In this document: positions 45,885 to 56,889 of the stretch, piece by piece
Position numbering within the stretch: the first letter of the stretch is position 1
How the letters are laid out: each line of letters starts with the position of its first letter
DNA from: Raillietiella orientalis
Taxonomy: Eukaryota
Reading direction: 5' to 3'
NCBI GenBank assembly: GCA_036172245.1
Contig: JAYWIR010000053.1
Coordinates: 1-64,000, forward strand
Length of the DNA: 64,000 nucleotides
Notes under the pieces: model-generated
What the model was told of the DNA's origin: nothing
The model's database searches: none
The model's input: the letters and a program-made list of their open reading frames with translations, nothing else
Translations under genes and position numbers: made by a program

Positions 45885-47780
45885 ATGTCGACCCAACTTG
45901 AAGCTACTGAAGTTGGAGGAACAGCATCCGGATCTGCAATCGCGGAAGCGACGGCCGCCTCCACTTCGTCTTTCTCGCCAATGGAGAGGAGTTTTGCTGA
46001 CGTTGCTGCCACAGCAGCCGTCAAAGGGAAACCTCTCGACGAGTCGGAGTTGCGGGCATACGTAGCCCAAGGCTATAGACCTGCTCTCCGATATAAGGTG
46101 AGTGGCTTTCTTTCTGCGCGCGACGGGAATCAGTTCAACGATGAACTGACCCGTGTTGGCGTGCGGGAGGAGGACCTTCTCGCCATTATGCCCGTAAAAG
46201 ACATGGGCTATTTCAAGGTGCGTTGCAAAGACGCTGCACTTGTGCAGCGCTTGCTGCGCACCCCGCTTTCGATCCGTGCCCAGAACGTCTTCCCGGCCGC
46301 CATGGACGACTCATTTGTGGTTGAGATTTCCGACATCGAGTCGGAAATCTCCGATACTGATATTCGGAACGCGTTGGCGAAATTCGCCACGGTCCATGCG
46401 CTGTGGAGGGTGCGTAGCAACCTCAAGGACTTCCCGTCCATACACAGCGGAGTCGCTGGAGTCCGGCTTACAATGCCGGACCGCCGTCTGCTGCCCACCA
46501 AACTACAGTTGAAAGACACGGTCGTTCACCACGTTCAATGCGGGAAGGAGGGGCATTGTTTGGATAAATGCCCCTCTGGAAAATGCCGTTATTGCAAACT
46601 ATCCGGGCACCAATTGAAAAATTGCCCGGATCTTTTGCGAAAAAAGGCAGCCGCGGAGCTCCATTTTAAAAAACAAAGCGCGGATAAGAAGAAAAAATCT
46701 GCGAAAAACCTGGAGACCCCACGGCAGAAATTCGGTAAAAACGCGAGGCGGAATGTCGCCCCAAAGCAGCAGGAAACCTCGCACGCGAAGCCCTGCGCAC
46801 CCCCTCTCGCGGCAGGGGAGCCGCAAAAGAAAGAGTGCAGGGAATCCGGGGCAATGGTAAGTCCCCCTAGGCGCAATAGCTGTCCTTCCCAAGCACGCCC
46901 GGCTCTCTCGGAGTTCGAGCAACCGGCGGGGACGCCAATGGACAACGGCGGTAAGGACACTTCCAGTACCGTCAGATCCATTCCTTCACCTCCTGCAGTG
47001 GCTGAGAAACCCAAATCGGGTAAGAAGGGTTGTGCCCTGTCGACTTCGAAAGTCGGCAAAAAAAAATCCGCGTCGCGATCCAACACCGCGAAAGCGGAGA
47101 AAAATCTTACGCGGTCGCAGTCGGAGAGCAAGCTCTCGACTGGCGCGAATGCGATGCCAACGAAGGGATTAAACGCCCTTCCGAAAGCAGCGTCCATGAG
47201 GAGCGTGTCGGAGCCATCGAAATTGCTCCAGTCCAAAGACGCGGATGGCTTAAAAGATGGCCATGGAGCGCAATCTCCATTTACGGCGCCACGCGGAGTG
47301 AGGAACCGTAATAAAATAAAGAAGACTTCAGCAAAGGTCCCTCGTGCAACTGCGCGTGAGCACGCTGAAAACGCGCGCGCCGGGAAAGCAGCCGTCACCA
47401 AAAGCGATGCTCTGGTGACGGAAAACGAAAACAGGACCGCTGTCAATCCAGCAGAACCTGTCACTGCTTCGCGGAAGGCCGAAATCCGATCGAACATGCG
47501 CCGGTCGGACTCCGAAATGGATGCCGTTCCGATCACCGAGACGAGGACAACTCGTTCGAAAGCGTGTGCGCGCCTATCAAAAGTAGGCAGCGAGGCAACG
47601 CTCGCCGCGAAGCAGCGCGAAGTCTCCACGAAACCCGACGGGGTTAAGCCTGGCGTGGAGGAATTGCATGCATGCAGCACGACGGAGGACGGTGGCAACC
47701 GTCATCTCCAGCCAATCGTGCTGCTCGCCGTCTGCTCGCCGGATAAAGCGAGCAAAAAGCCGCCACCTTCCCAGCAGTAA
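45885..47780 (+). CDS. Right C ORF1, open but with an in-frame deletion at the first zinc knuckle
   Basis: VVHHVQCGKEGHC here versus VVHQWFVGKVETCEQCGKEEHC in left C. Confidence 0.8.
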   Translation: MSTQLEATEVGGTASGSAIAEATAASTSSFSPMERSFADVAATAAVKGKPLDESELRAYVAQGYRPALRYKVSGFLSARDGNQFNDELTRVGVREEDLLAIMPVKDMGYFKVRCKDAALVQRLLRTPLSIRAQNVFPAAMDDSFVVEISDIESEISDTDIRNALAKFATVHALWRVRSNLKDFPSIHSGVAGVRLTMPDRRLLPTKLQLKDTVVHHVQCGKEGHCLDKCPSGKCRYCKLSGHQLKNCPDLLRKKAAAELHFKKQSADKKKKSAKNLETPRQKFGKNARRNVAPKQQETSHAKPCAPPLAAGEPQKKECRESGAMVSPPRRNSCPSQARPALSEFEQPAGTPMDNGGKDTSSTVRSIPSPPAVAEKPKSGKKGCALSTSKVGKKKSASRSNTAKAEKNLTRSQSESKLSTGANAMPTKGLNALPKAASMRSVSEPSKLLQSKDADGLKDGHGAQSPFTAPRGVRNRNKIKKTSAKVPRATAREHAENARAGKAAVTKSDALVTENENRTAVNPAEPVTASRKAEIRSNMRRSDSEMDAVPITETRTTRSKACARLSKVGSEATLAAKQREVSTKPDGVKPGVEELHACSTTEDGGNRHLQPIVLLAVCSPDKASKKPPPSQQ

Positions 47781-50700
47781 TGCGGGGAATCGCGTCTTCT
47801 CGTCGTCTGTCCGTAACGTGTTGGAACGTGAACGGACTACAGAACGACGAGAAGGGGCGATTAGTAGCCAACGCCCTGCGCCCCTTCGACCTCGCGCTCC
47901 TGCAGGAGATTCACGTAATCTCCGACGTGAAGGCAGCCGAAATCGAGGAGCGCGCAGGGGAAACGCTACATTGGCGGTGCGGCGGCGCACACACGTGCGG
48001 CGTCGCGTTCATCGTAAGATGAAAAATGGCGGAAGCGGTGCGTAGTGTTCGTTTCGATGACGACGAACGGATAGGCCAGCATGTCATCAAGTGGTCCGAG
48101 TCTATCGATCTCATCGTTACGAACGTCTACGCGCCGTGTGGCTCTCGCTACCTCGAAGAAAGAGTAGCTTTCTTTGGTGAGGTGCAGAGCCACTGGCTCA
48201 ACAACTCCGGCTTCCAAGTGGCGCACCTCGTCGCTGGGGACTTCAACGTCCGCCTGCTCTCCGACGATTGGAGCCGCCCGAGGGCGCGCGCGCTGCCCAT
48301 CGAGATGTGCGCGTCCGTGCACGCCGCCAACTTGATGGTCAGCGAACCTGGAATGGAAAGATCGCTCGATCACGTTTTCCTCGATGAAAACCTGCATTCG
48401 CGTGTGGGTAGGAGAGGAAGATTGTTGACTGAGCTTTCTGACCACCACAGGTTGGAGTTTGAGATCCTTCCGCCAGGCAGGTGGCCTCCGTTGCAAAGCT
48501 GGAGGATGCAGGCGGATTGGCTTAGCCAACCGGAGGCTGCGGAGCATCTACGTGGATACCTCCGGGGCTTTGCCATTCAAGAACTTGCGGACTGGGACGA
48601 TCTCAAAAGATCTGTCCGCGAGTTCTGTTGCCAATTCCCCTTGCACCGGCTTCCACGCGGTTTCGGAGAGGGCGTGGCCAACAGTAGAGACTTTCTGCAG
48701 GCTCGCACGTTTTCGAGACGCGCGGATGTCCGGTGTCTCGCAGAGTACAAGGCGAGGGCCGAGCGCCAGGTCTGGCAGTCCGGAGCATCATGCCTGTTGG
48801 ACGACAAGGGCCAGGAATGTTCGGCCCCAGCCGAAGTACGCCGCATTTGAGACGCTACTACTCCTCGCTCTACGCGGAATCCCCGACGGAGGATATTCTT
48901 TCTGAGATACTCCTGTCTCAGGATGCTCGTGTTGTCGGCGAGGAGGAACGCGAACGTCTCGACGAGCCCTTCGGGGCGCATGAATTTTCGTCCGCCATCG
49001 CTGGGCTGAAGAGACGCAAGGCGCCAGGCGAGGATGGGCTCCCTGCAGAGTTTTATCAGTGCTTTGCAGTGGAGCTCATTCCCTTGATGCTGAAACTCGC
49101 GACGCTGATGAGTGAATCCGGGAATGTCCCTGATTCCTTCCGCTCAGCGAAGGTGCGTCTCCTGCCGAAAGGCGGAGACTTGCGACAACTTAACAACTGG
49201 CGTCCGATCACCTTGGTGAACTCGGACGTCAAGTTGTTTTTTAAGCTGTGGGTCGCGCGGTTAGGAAGTATCACGGAATCTGTGGTGAGCCCGGAACAAA
49301 CCTACGCGGATCCGGGACGATCCATGGAGGCGAACATCCTTTTCGCGCGTACATGGATGCAGCCGCAGGAAGTTGTGGCGCAGCAAAGCCAGGCTGCTGC
49401 GAAAGTCACTGCCGCAGGCAAAAAGAACAGGCGCCGACGGCAGGAGGGAACGACAGGTGCCTTGGCGGTCGCGGTCGATCTCCACAAGGCGTTCGACTGC
49501 GTAAACCAGAAGCTGCTTTTGGAGCTTATGGAACGCCTTGGGTTCCCGGCGCAACTCCTGCTGTATTTGCGCGCGTGCTGGCGCCACGCGCTAACCAGCA
49601 TCACTTTTAGCGGCTGCCGCGTGTATGGTATTCCCGTTCGTAGGGGCATCCGACAGGGCGACAGCTTAAGCCCGTTGCTCTTCAGCATCTTCTTTGAGTT
49701 GGTGCTAAGAGCATACAGGCTGACGCTGTCTCACTTGCCAAGCTCCTGCCCGGGAACGCCTGCCGTGGCCGCCTACGCTGATGACCTGCTTCTTCTGCTC
49801 CCCATGTCCATCCCGGCGTCCAGTGTCGAGGATTTCTTCGACCTGATTCGTCGGGGAGCGGGCGTGAGCGTGAACAGAGAGAAGAGCGTGGTCGTTCCTG
49901 TGAGTACGTCGTGGGAGGGGCAGTCCCACTGGATCCGCCTGGGGATCCCCACGGGCGGGTACTTTAAGTACCTTGGCGTTCCGTTGGGCGATTTCGGCGC
50001 AGCCGAAGCGTGGGCGGACTGTCTTCAGAAAGCAGAGTTGGCCATCAGCCCGTTCTTTAACGGCAAGTTCACCTTGCAGGAACGGGCGACTATTTGGAAC
50101 ACCTTTGTGGCCCCCCTCCTCCGTCCCCTGTTTTTTGTTTTGGACCCCCCCTATGCGGCAAAACAGCGGGCTAAGCGCCTGCTCAGAAGAGCTCTCTGGG
50201 GTCCGGCGAGATCCAGGATCCGCCTTAAAGATTTGTCAGCTCGGCGTCGGGATGCTGGTTTGGGTATCCTGATAATGGAGCGAACCGGACTGCAGGTGCA
50301 GTTCCGACTGCTGGCACTGTGTGCCCAGCTATGGAGATCCCCCCTGTGTGTGCCAGCTCGCATTCTCCTGCGGAGATGCGCCGGCAGCGGAGGATTTCTC
50401 TCTCTTTTGCCGGGCACTCAATACAGGAAGCGGGGTTTCGGGTTTCCATTGCGGCAGTTGACCGCACTTCTGGAAGCACACTCTTGGATCTCCTGCCGCC
50501 CAATGAACTTTGAAGCTTGGCGGCAGGAGTCTGTTGAATCCTGGGCGGCGTTCCAAGGAATACGCCCTGAAGATCTTCGCCCCCTGCGCCAATTTTTTCC
50601 ACTATCCTTGGAAGAAGTACTGCAGGAAGAGGTGAAGTTTTCTACCCTGACTGCCCCGCCTCTTGCCGCAGCGCTGTCTGCCCTCAGGGCAAGAAACCAC

Positions 50701-51372
50701 AGTTACCAACCGGCGAGGTGGGAGGTTTCCTGCACGATAGCGGGAAGAACCAAACTTCTTGGCACCTGGAAGACAAGTGAGTTGGCGGACGCCGCCACTC
50801 CTCGTATTACTGCAAAGGGACTCCTCCGGTGGGCAGAAGAACTTGCTGTCACCCCCGAAGAACTTGTAGTCCCTCCACAGTGTATGGACAGTTCGCTGCT
50901 CCCCCTTGCTTGGAAACAAGCCGTGCTGCTTTCCGTTCACTGGGGTTTTCAGTGCAACGAGCGTTGGCATCGTGACTCCGGGGGACTTGCGTCTGCGAAC
51001 TGCGTTCGGTGCGGATCGACGGAGTCGATTCCGCACCTACTTCTGGACTGCGGTGTCCTACAAGGACTGTGACGTAGGCTGGCAACAGCACTATTGCATC
51101 CCGTGGACACCGCAAGAGACTTGCTGCGACGATTCTTCAGGCCGAGCGGGCTTTCACTAAGCGCAAGGATTCCAACCATCGGTTGCATACGCGCGATAGT
51201 CTCCGTCCGCCAGGCGTTGGTAATCAACGGACAGCACCAAGAGGTAATCAGCAAAGCATCCTTCTACATGGGAGCATCCGCTAGATGGCCTCATTTGACA
51301 GAGGAGACAAAGAGGAATCTCGCCGCAATACACCGCCGGTTTACACACCCTCATCAGCGGCCAACCCCGTGA
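47780..51372 (+). pseudogene. Right C ORF2
   Basis: All endonuclease, RT and finger motifs; stops at 48020 and 51070, frameshift near 48848. Confidence 0.94.
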
Positions 51373-51685
51373 TCATTGACCTACCCTCCATAAACTAAAT
51401 TTGTATTTTCTTTTTACACCCGCGTCCCCATAGGCTCCGGAACATTTTAGGTGCTCATTGTATAAATCCCCGTGAGTACGGAGCCTAACCAAACACCCGT
51501 TACCCTTCCCTACAGTTTTTGATTTTTGTTTGGTTCCATTCATTCCCCCCACGCTGCGAGCGGTTTGTTTTCCAAGCCTGCGTGCCGGTAATTTTTCTAT
51601 GTTCTCGGTCGTTCTCTTGGTTGGGGACATTGTCCCTGACCAGTTTATTATTATTAATAAACGCCCCGGCGTGACCGGGTGATAA

Positions 51686-54600
51686 ATTGCAATCTCCGCC
51701 TGCTAACAGGTGAGCCAGAAACACAAGTGAAAGCGATGAACGAGTTGTGCGCCGCCATGCGTGCGCGCAACTTCTTCGCTGGTGAGAGGGAAATGGTCCG
51801 CAGCATCGACAACGTCTTCCTCGACGCTGACCTGTGTTCACGGGTCGACAAACGGGGGAGGGTTGCGTCAACGTTGTCGGACCATTCCCGGTTAATTTGC
51901 GAGCTGCGGCCTCGCGACAAAGGACCGCCATCCAGGAATTGGCGTCTGCCGGGGGACTGGACGCGACTCTCAGGTGCGAAGGAACACCTTCGCGAATACC
52001 TTAGAGGCGTCACGATCCGGAATCTCCAGCACTGGGACCTTTTTAAGGAATCGGTCCGCGAGTTCTGTGAGCAGTTCCCCCTGGATCGCCTGCCCCCCGG
52101 ATTCGGCGAGGGTGCTCGAACCATCGGGCCTATTTACATGCTCGTAGGTACGAGAGAACCCCTAATTTCCGTCGCCTGGCCGAGTACCGCGCCGGGGCCG
52201 AACGCCAAGCCTCGCAATCCGGGTCGGCCAGCTTGCTGGACGACCAAGGCAGGGAATGTTCGTCCCCGCCGTCGGTATGGCAACTCGTGCGGAGTTCTTA
52301 TTCCTCCCTTTACGCCAGGGAGTCCCCGGATCGAAACGCCTCTCGACGCTTGCTTCCGGATGGCACCCCGGCAATAGGGGAGGAGGAGTTGAAAAGCCTC
52401 GACGAGCCTTTTACCACCGGCGAAATTCTCAACGGTATCAAAAGGCTCAAGAGGCGTAAAGCTCCAGGGGAAGACGGCTTGCCCGCGGAGTTCTTTCAGA
52501 GCTTCGCGGAAGAGCTGGCACCCCTGCTGCTTAAGCTGACAAGGCTGATCCGAGACGAAGGCGATGTTCACGCCTTGTTTCGGTCAGCCAGAGTGAGGCT
52601 CTTTCCGAAAGGGGGAGACCTTAGGAATTTGAACAACTGGCGTCCGATCACGATCTTGAATACGGTCGCTAAGTTGATAGCAGGGCTATAAGCTTCGCGT
52701 CTGGGGCAGGTGGCAGAATCCGTAATTAGCCCGGAGCAGACTTATGGTGTTCCCGGGCGAAGTATGGATGCCAACCTCTTCTTCGCAAGCACATGGGTGC
52801 ACCTGCAGAGAAGAGAAAAGAAAGGGATAGGGAAAGTCGGCAAGCCCACATTGGGGCCACCAGCCGGGCTGGGAAGGGACCCCCGAGCAGGGAAGGGGGC
52901 CCTAGCGCTCGCAGTCGATCTCCTCAAGGCGTTCGACTGTGTAGACCAGGAACTCCTCTTGGAGCTCGTGGGTCGCATGGGCTTTCCACCCTCCCTGATT
53001 TCCTACCTGCGCTCTTGCTGGCGGAATGCGATGATTACCGTCTGTTTCAGTGGACAGAAGGTGTATGGCGTGCCGGTGCGGCGGGGCATAAGGCAGGGCG
53101 AAAGCCTCAGCCCCCTGCTCTTTAGCACCTACTTTGAGTTGGTGCTGAGAGCGTACAGGGTGACTTTGGCCCCCTTGCCGAGCTCGTGCCCCCCACGCCC
53201 GCCGTAGCAGCGTACGCCGACGATCTTCTGCTCTTGTTGCCAATGTCCACCCCGGCGAAGGCGGTCGGAGACTCCTTCGATCTGCTAATCCGCGGGACCG
53301 GACTGCAGGTTAACAGGGCGAAGTCGTCGGTTGTGCCAATAGGTGCGGCGTGGGCAGGGCAGCAGGACTGGGTCCGTGTGGGGATATCCTCGGCGAGGTG
53401 CTTCAAGTACCTTGGTGTGCCGTTCAGAAACTACTGCCCCGCGGAAGCGTGGTCCAGCTGCCTCCAAAAAGTCCAGACGGCTCTGGGCCCGTTCCTGGAA
53501 GGCAAGTTTCACTTGCCGGAACGGGCCGCGGTTTGGAACGCCTTCGCGGCCCCCATCCTCCGCCCTTTGCTTTTTGTTTGCCCTCCCACCGTGGAATCCA
53601 AGAATAGGACGAAGGACCTCCTCCGTATCGCCCTTTGGGGCAAGGGGAGGCCCCGAGTCCCACTGAAGAACTTGTGCGCTCCGCGTCGGCACGGCGGTCT
53701 CTGCCTCCTGACGCTGGAGCGCGTGGAGAAGCAGCTGCGGTGGCGAACCCTCGCCATCGCAGCGAAGATGTGGTGCACCCCTTGGTGCACTCCAGCCCGC
53801 CTCCTGGCCAGCCGTGTGTCCCGGTGCGATGGACTCGCGTCTTTTCTTCTCAGCCGTGGCCGGAAGATGCGAAGATGCGGCCTACTGCTCGAGCTCATGG
53901 CAACATTAGCCAAGGAGAACAGCTGGATGGTTTGCTGCCCCGCCAACTCCCCCGCCTGGCTGGAGGAAAATATTGGAACGCGGGCAGTGGTTAACCAGAC
54001 AATCCACAAGACGTGGAATCGTCTCCGTTGCAGCCCCTACGCCCGCTGCACGCTGCGGAATCTCCTGGAGAGTCCAGCAAGATGCACTTGGGCAGTGACG
54101 ACCTGTCTAGCTACGGCGCTGCCCTTCCTGGAGAGGGCACTTCACAGCAGCCGGACGCCAAGGTGGCAAGTCTCCTGCTGCATCGAGGGACGCGAAAAGT
54201 TGATCAGCGGCTGGACAACAGAAGAACTGGCAGACGCCACGACCCCGAGCGTCCAGCCGCGAGGACTAAGAAGATGGGGCGAGCTGCTGGCCATCCCTAT
54301 AGATGTGCTGAAGTGGCCCCCGCTTCTTCAGGAATCCAGGATCCTGCCCCTCAAGTGGAAAGAGTCGGCGTTGCTGTTGTTGCATTGGGGTTTACCCTGC
54401 AACGCACGCCGCTCTCACTGGACAAGAGGAGTTGTGGATCCTGCGTTTGTCAGGTGCGGAGAGCGGGAATCGCTCTCCCACCTTATTGTGGACTGTGCTG
54501 CCCTTCGTCCCCTTTGGGAACGGTTTGGGATGATCCTCGGTCTCCCAACGAGCAGTTCCCCTAGAGACGTTCTTCGGCTCCTCTTCGTGAAGGACGCCCT

Positions 54601-54820
54601 GCAGCCAGCCGCAGTTCTTGCAGCCTTGTGCTGCGTCCGAGGCATCGTGGCGGCATGGAGCGACACCAACAAGGAAGGAGTTGGTCAACACGCGAGGGAT
54701 GTCATCCCATATGCCCAACGCTTCTTGCGAAGAGCTGCCGGATGGCCCCAACTGGGGAATATGCAGACTGACCTCGAGGTCTTCGTTCGACGGATGGGCC
54801 CTCTCGACAGCGACCAGTGA
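51686..54820 (+). pseudogene. D1 ORF2 remainder
   Basis: SDH, WRPITILN, DLLKAFD, YADD and KYLG, with stops and frameshifts. Confidence 0.93.
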
Positions 54821-55045
54821 TCCCTTCCCTGCCCTCCAACTTCTTTTTGTCTGTTTCTTTTTATTTTACTTTTTGTCTTATGCCCATCCCCCTTCGCTGT
54901 CGGGGAGTGCCACGCCGGGCTGCGTCCCGGTGTCCCGACAGGTCCTGTGTTTAGGGCCGTGGTGGGGCCTTGTACCACGCATGTAAAGTTTAATAATAAA
55001 CGCCCCGGGCGTACCCGGGTGATAACGCCGAATCCCTTGGTGAGT

Positions 55046-55052
55046 GGACGTG
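55046..55052 (+). promoter_or_regulatory. DPE-like 5' motif GGACGTG (representative copy)
   Basis: Recurs close to the 5' end at 3156, 16335, 28100, 30534, 32740, 37899, 43380 and 45813 (single-base variants at 3156 and 32740). Function is inferred. Confidence 0.6.
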
Positions 55053-55131
55053 TGTTTCCTTCGCTCCCGAGTGAGTCGACAGGAAGCGGTTTTTTCTATT
55101 GTTGTTTGGTGTGGAACATCGTTGGTGTCCG

Positions 55132-56889
55132 ATGCCAGCGATGCCTGAGGACACCACGATGGAGGTAGGTGTGGGGGAGGCTTGCCCACCCCCACAGCCT
55201 ACCGAATCAGGGGCGTCCGCCCCGGAATCGCCCTCGCCGCTTAAGGCGAGGAGCTGGAGCGCCATGGTGGCCGCGCCGAGCGCGGAAACCATGGCCGAGA
55301 TGGCGTCCTACCTGGCAGCTGGGTACAAGCCCAGCTTGGTTTACCAGGTAGGCAATCTCTTTGACGGGCGAACTGCACGCGCTTTTTCGAAAGCGCTGCA
55401 GAACGCCAACGTGTTGGAAAAGGACCTTGACGGTCTATCCGTGCTCAGCGGGGGTGAGCGCGTCGAGGTTGTCTGCAAGGACATCACCTTGGCGCAAAGC
55501 TTGATAACCACCCCGCTGAACGTGGACGGACGCAAGATCCTACCAGTCACGATGGACCGCTCCGTAGTGGTCCATCTGACAGGGATCACCAGCCGCAAGA
55601 CGCGGTCTACGGTTGGTGATCAGTTAATAAAGTACGGGGATGTTCACGCGCTTTGGCCAAAGGCCACAATCTTCGATGGCTACGATAGCCTTTTCGGAGG
55701 GCAGGCCGCCGCGCGCGTGACGGTGAAGGAGAGTGGGCTTCCCCACAAACTAGAGGTCAATGGCGAAGTCGTAGACCTCTGGTACGTGGGGAAACCCCGC
55801 ATTTGAGGCTACTGCAATGCAGTAGGACACTTGCGCAAGCGGTGCCCGAACGTTGTGTGCCACTTATGCGGGGAGAAGGGCCACGTACGCCGCGTATGCC
55901 CTAAACGCCCCACTCCGGTGCCGTCTGCTGCAAAGAAAGCACAGGCAAAATGCGGTAAACTGGTCGAAAGACCAAAAAGAGATACTGGCCGGCAGCAGCC
56001 GCTGGCCCCTGTTCCTCCCACACAGGCGTCGGAAGAACAACCCTCCGAAGACGCGGGAGTCCAAGACGACTGGCAGTTGGTCAACGCCAGGAAGGAGAGA
56101 AAGGTGCACTTCGCGGAACCCGCGAAAGCGGTAAAAAAGACAGCCGGCAAGGCGAACAAACCTGGACCGCCCTCTAAGACCATGCAGGAGTGTACGGTAG
56201 CACTGGAGCGCATAGCCGTTCCCTAGATTGCCACCCGGGGCGACGAGCCTTCCCTCGCCGTTTCCGCCGCGCCCGCGGTTCGCGACGGCGAACAATCTGT
56301 TTACACAGAGGGTGAGCCGCGCGAAATAGCGACGGTCGAAGCCGAGGACGCCGCGTTCGCTCAGGCGGCGGAGGAGCTCGCGGCCACGCTGGCGGAGCGT
56401 GAGAACCCCTCGCGCAAGGCCGTGCGAAGGCCGGCTCCCGCGAAAAAGGCCCCCACAGGTCAGTCGGACCTGGCGGCCGGAAGTGCATCCTCCTCCTCGG
56501 AGGTACCCCCCAGGAAGTCGGGACGCAAGTCCCAGAAACCCAGGAGGCGCCTCCCCTCCACCAGCGAGGAGGAGAAGTAGGAAGCTAGCGGTAGCGTGGG
56601 AATCCCGGAGGGGGAACTCCCATTCTCGGAAGTCGTCGAGCCGGCCACCCCCATGGAGGAGGGTGAGCAGGGGGGCGAAGTCCTCCCTGCAGTCGCCGAG
56701 CCTGAACAGCCCGCCCCCATGGAGGAGGGCCAACAGGTAGGCGCGACCCCACCTAAGGGTGACCCGCTCGACGCGCCGTTACCCATGGAGGAGGGGGACC
56801 AGGTGCACGCAGCGCCTGACCCTCCTCCTCCACCTAGCGTCCCACCCCAACATGTGGCGGACGCCGCATCGCCATCTTCCCAGGAATAA
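55132..56889 (+). pseudogene. D2 ORF1
   Basis: Stop at 55804 in the first knuckle; CHLCGEKGHVRRVC; frameshifted tail with three PMEEG repeats. Confidence 0.9.

Larger units (their letters stand above)
45807..51685 (+). mobile_element. Element C (right copy), full length; TSD ATTTCAATC at 45798-45806 and ATTGCAATC at 51686-51694
   Basis: TSD matches at 8 of 9 bases; both ORFs and both termini are present. Confidence 0.94.
43363..55025 (+). mobile_element. Element D1, full length, carrying nested C
   Basis: Same ends as left D. ORF1 at 43468-45338; ORF2 at 45338-45806 plus 51686-54820. Confidence 0.94.

Noticed and set aside
46589..47698. Long antisense or alternative-frame ORFs (for example 369 aa here, 26491-27303, 19503-20516, 55864-56733)
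   Set aside because: These are shadow frames of GC-rich coding sequence, with no motifs and no conserved length between copies.
18832..55025. Large inverted repeat as a simple segmental duplication or as the TIRs of a giant DNA transposon
   Set aside because: High similarity stops exactly at the D termini, each copy has its own TSD, and no transposase is present.
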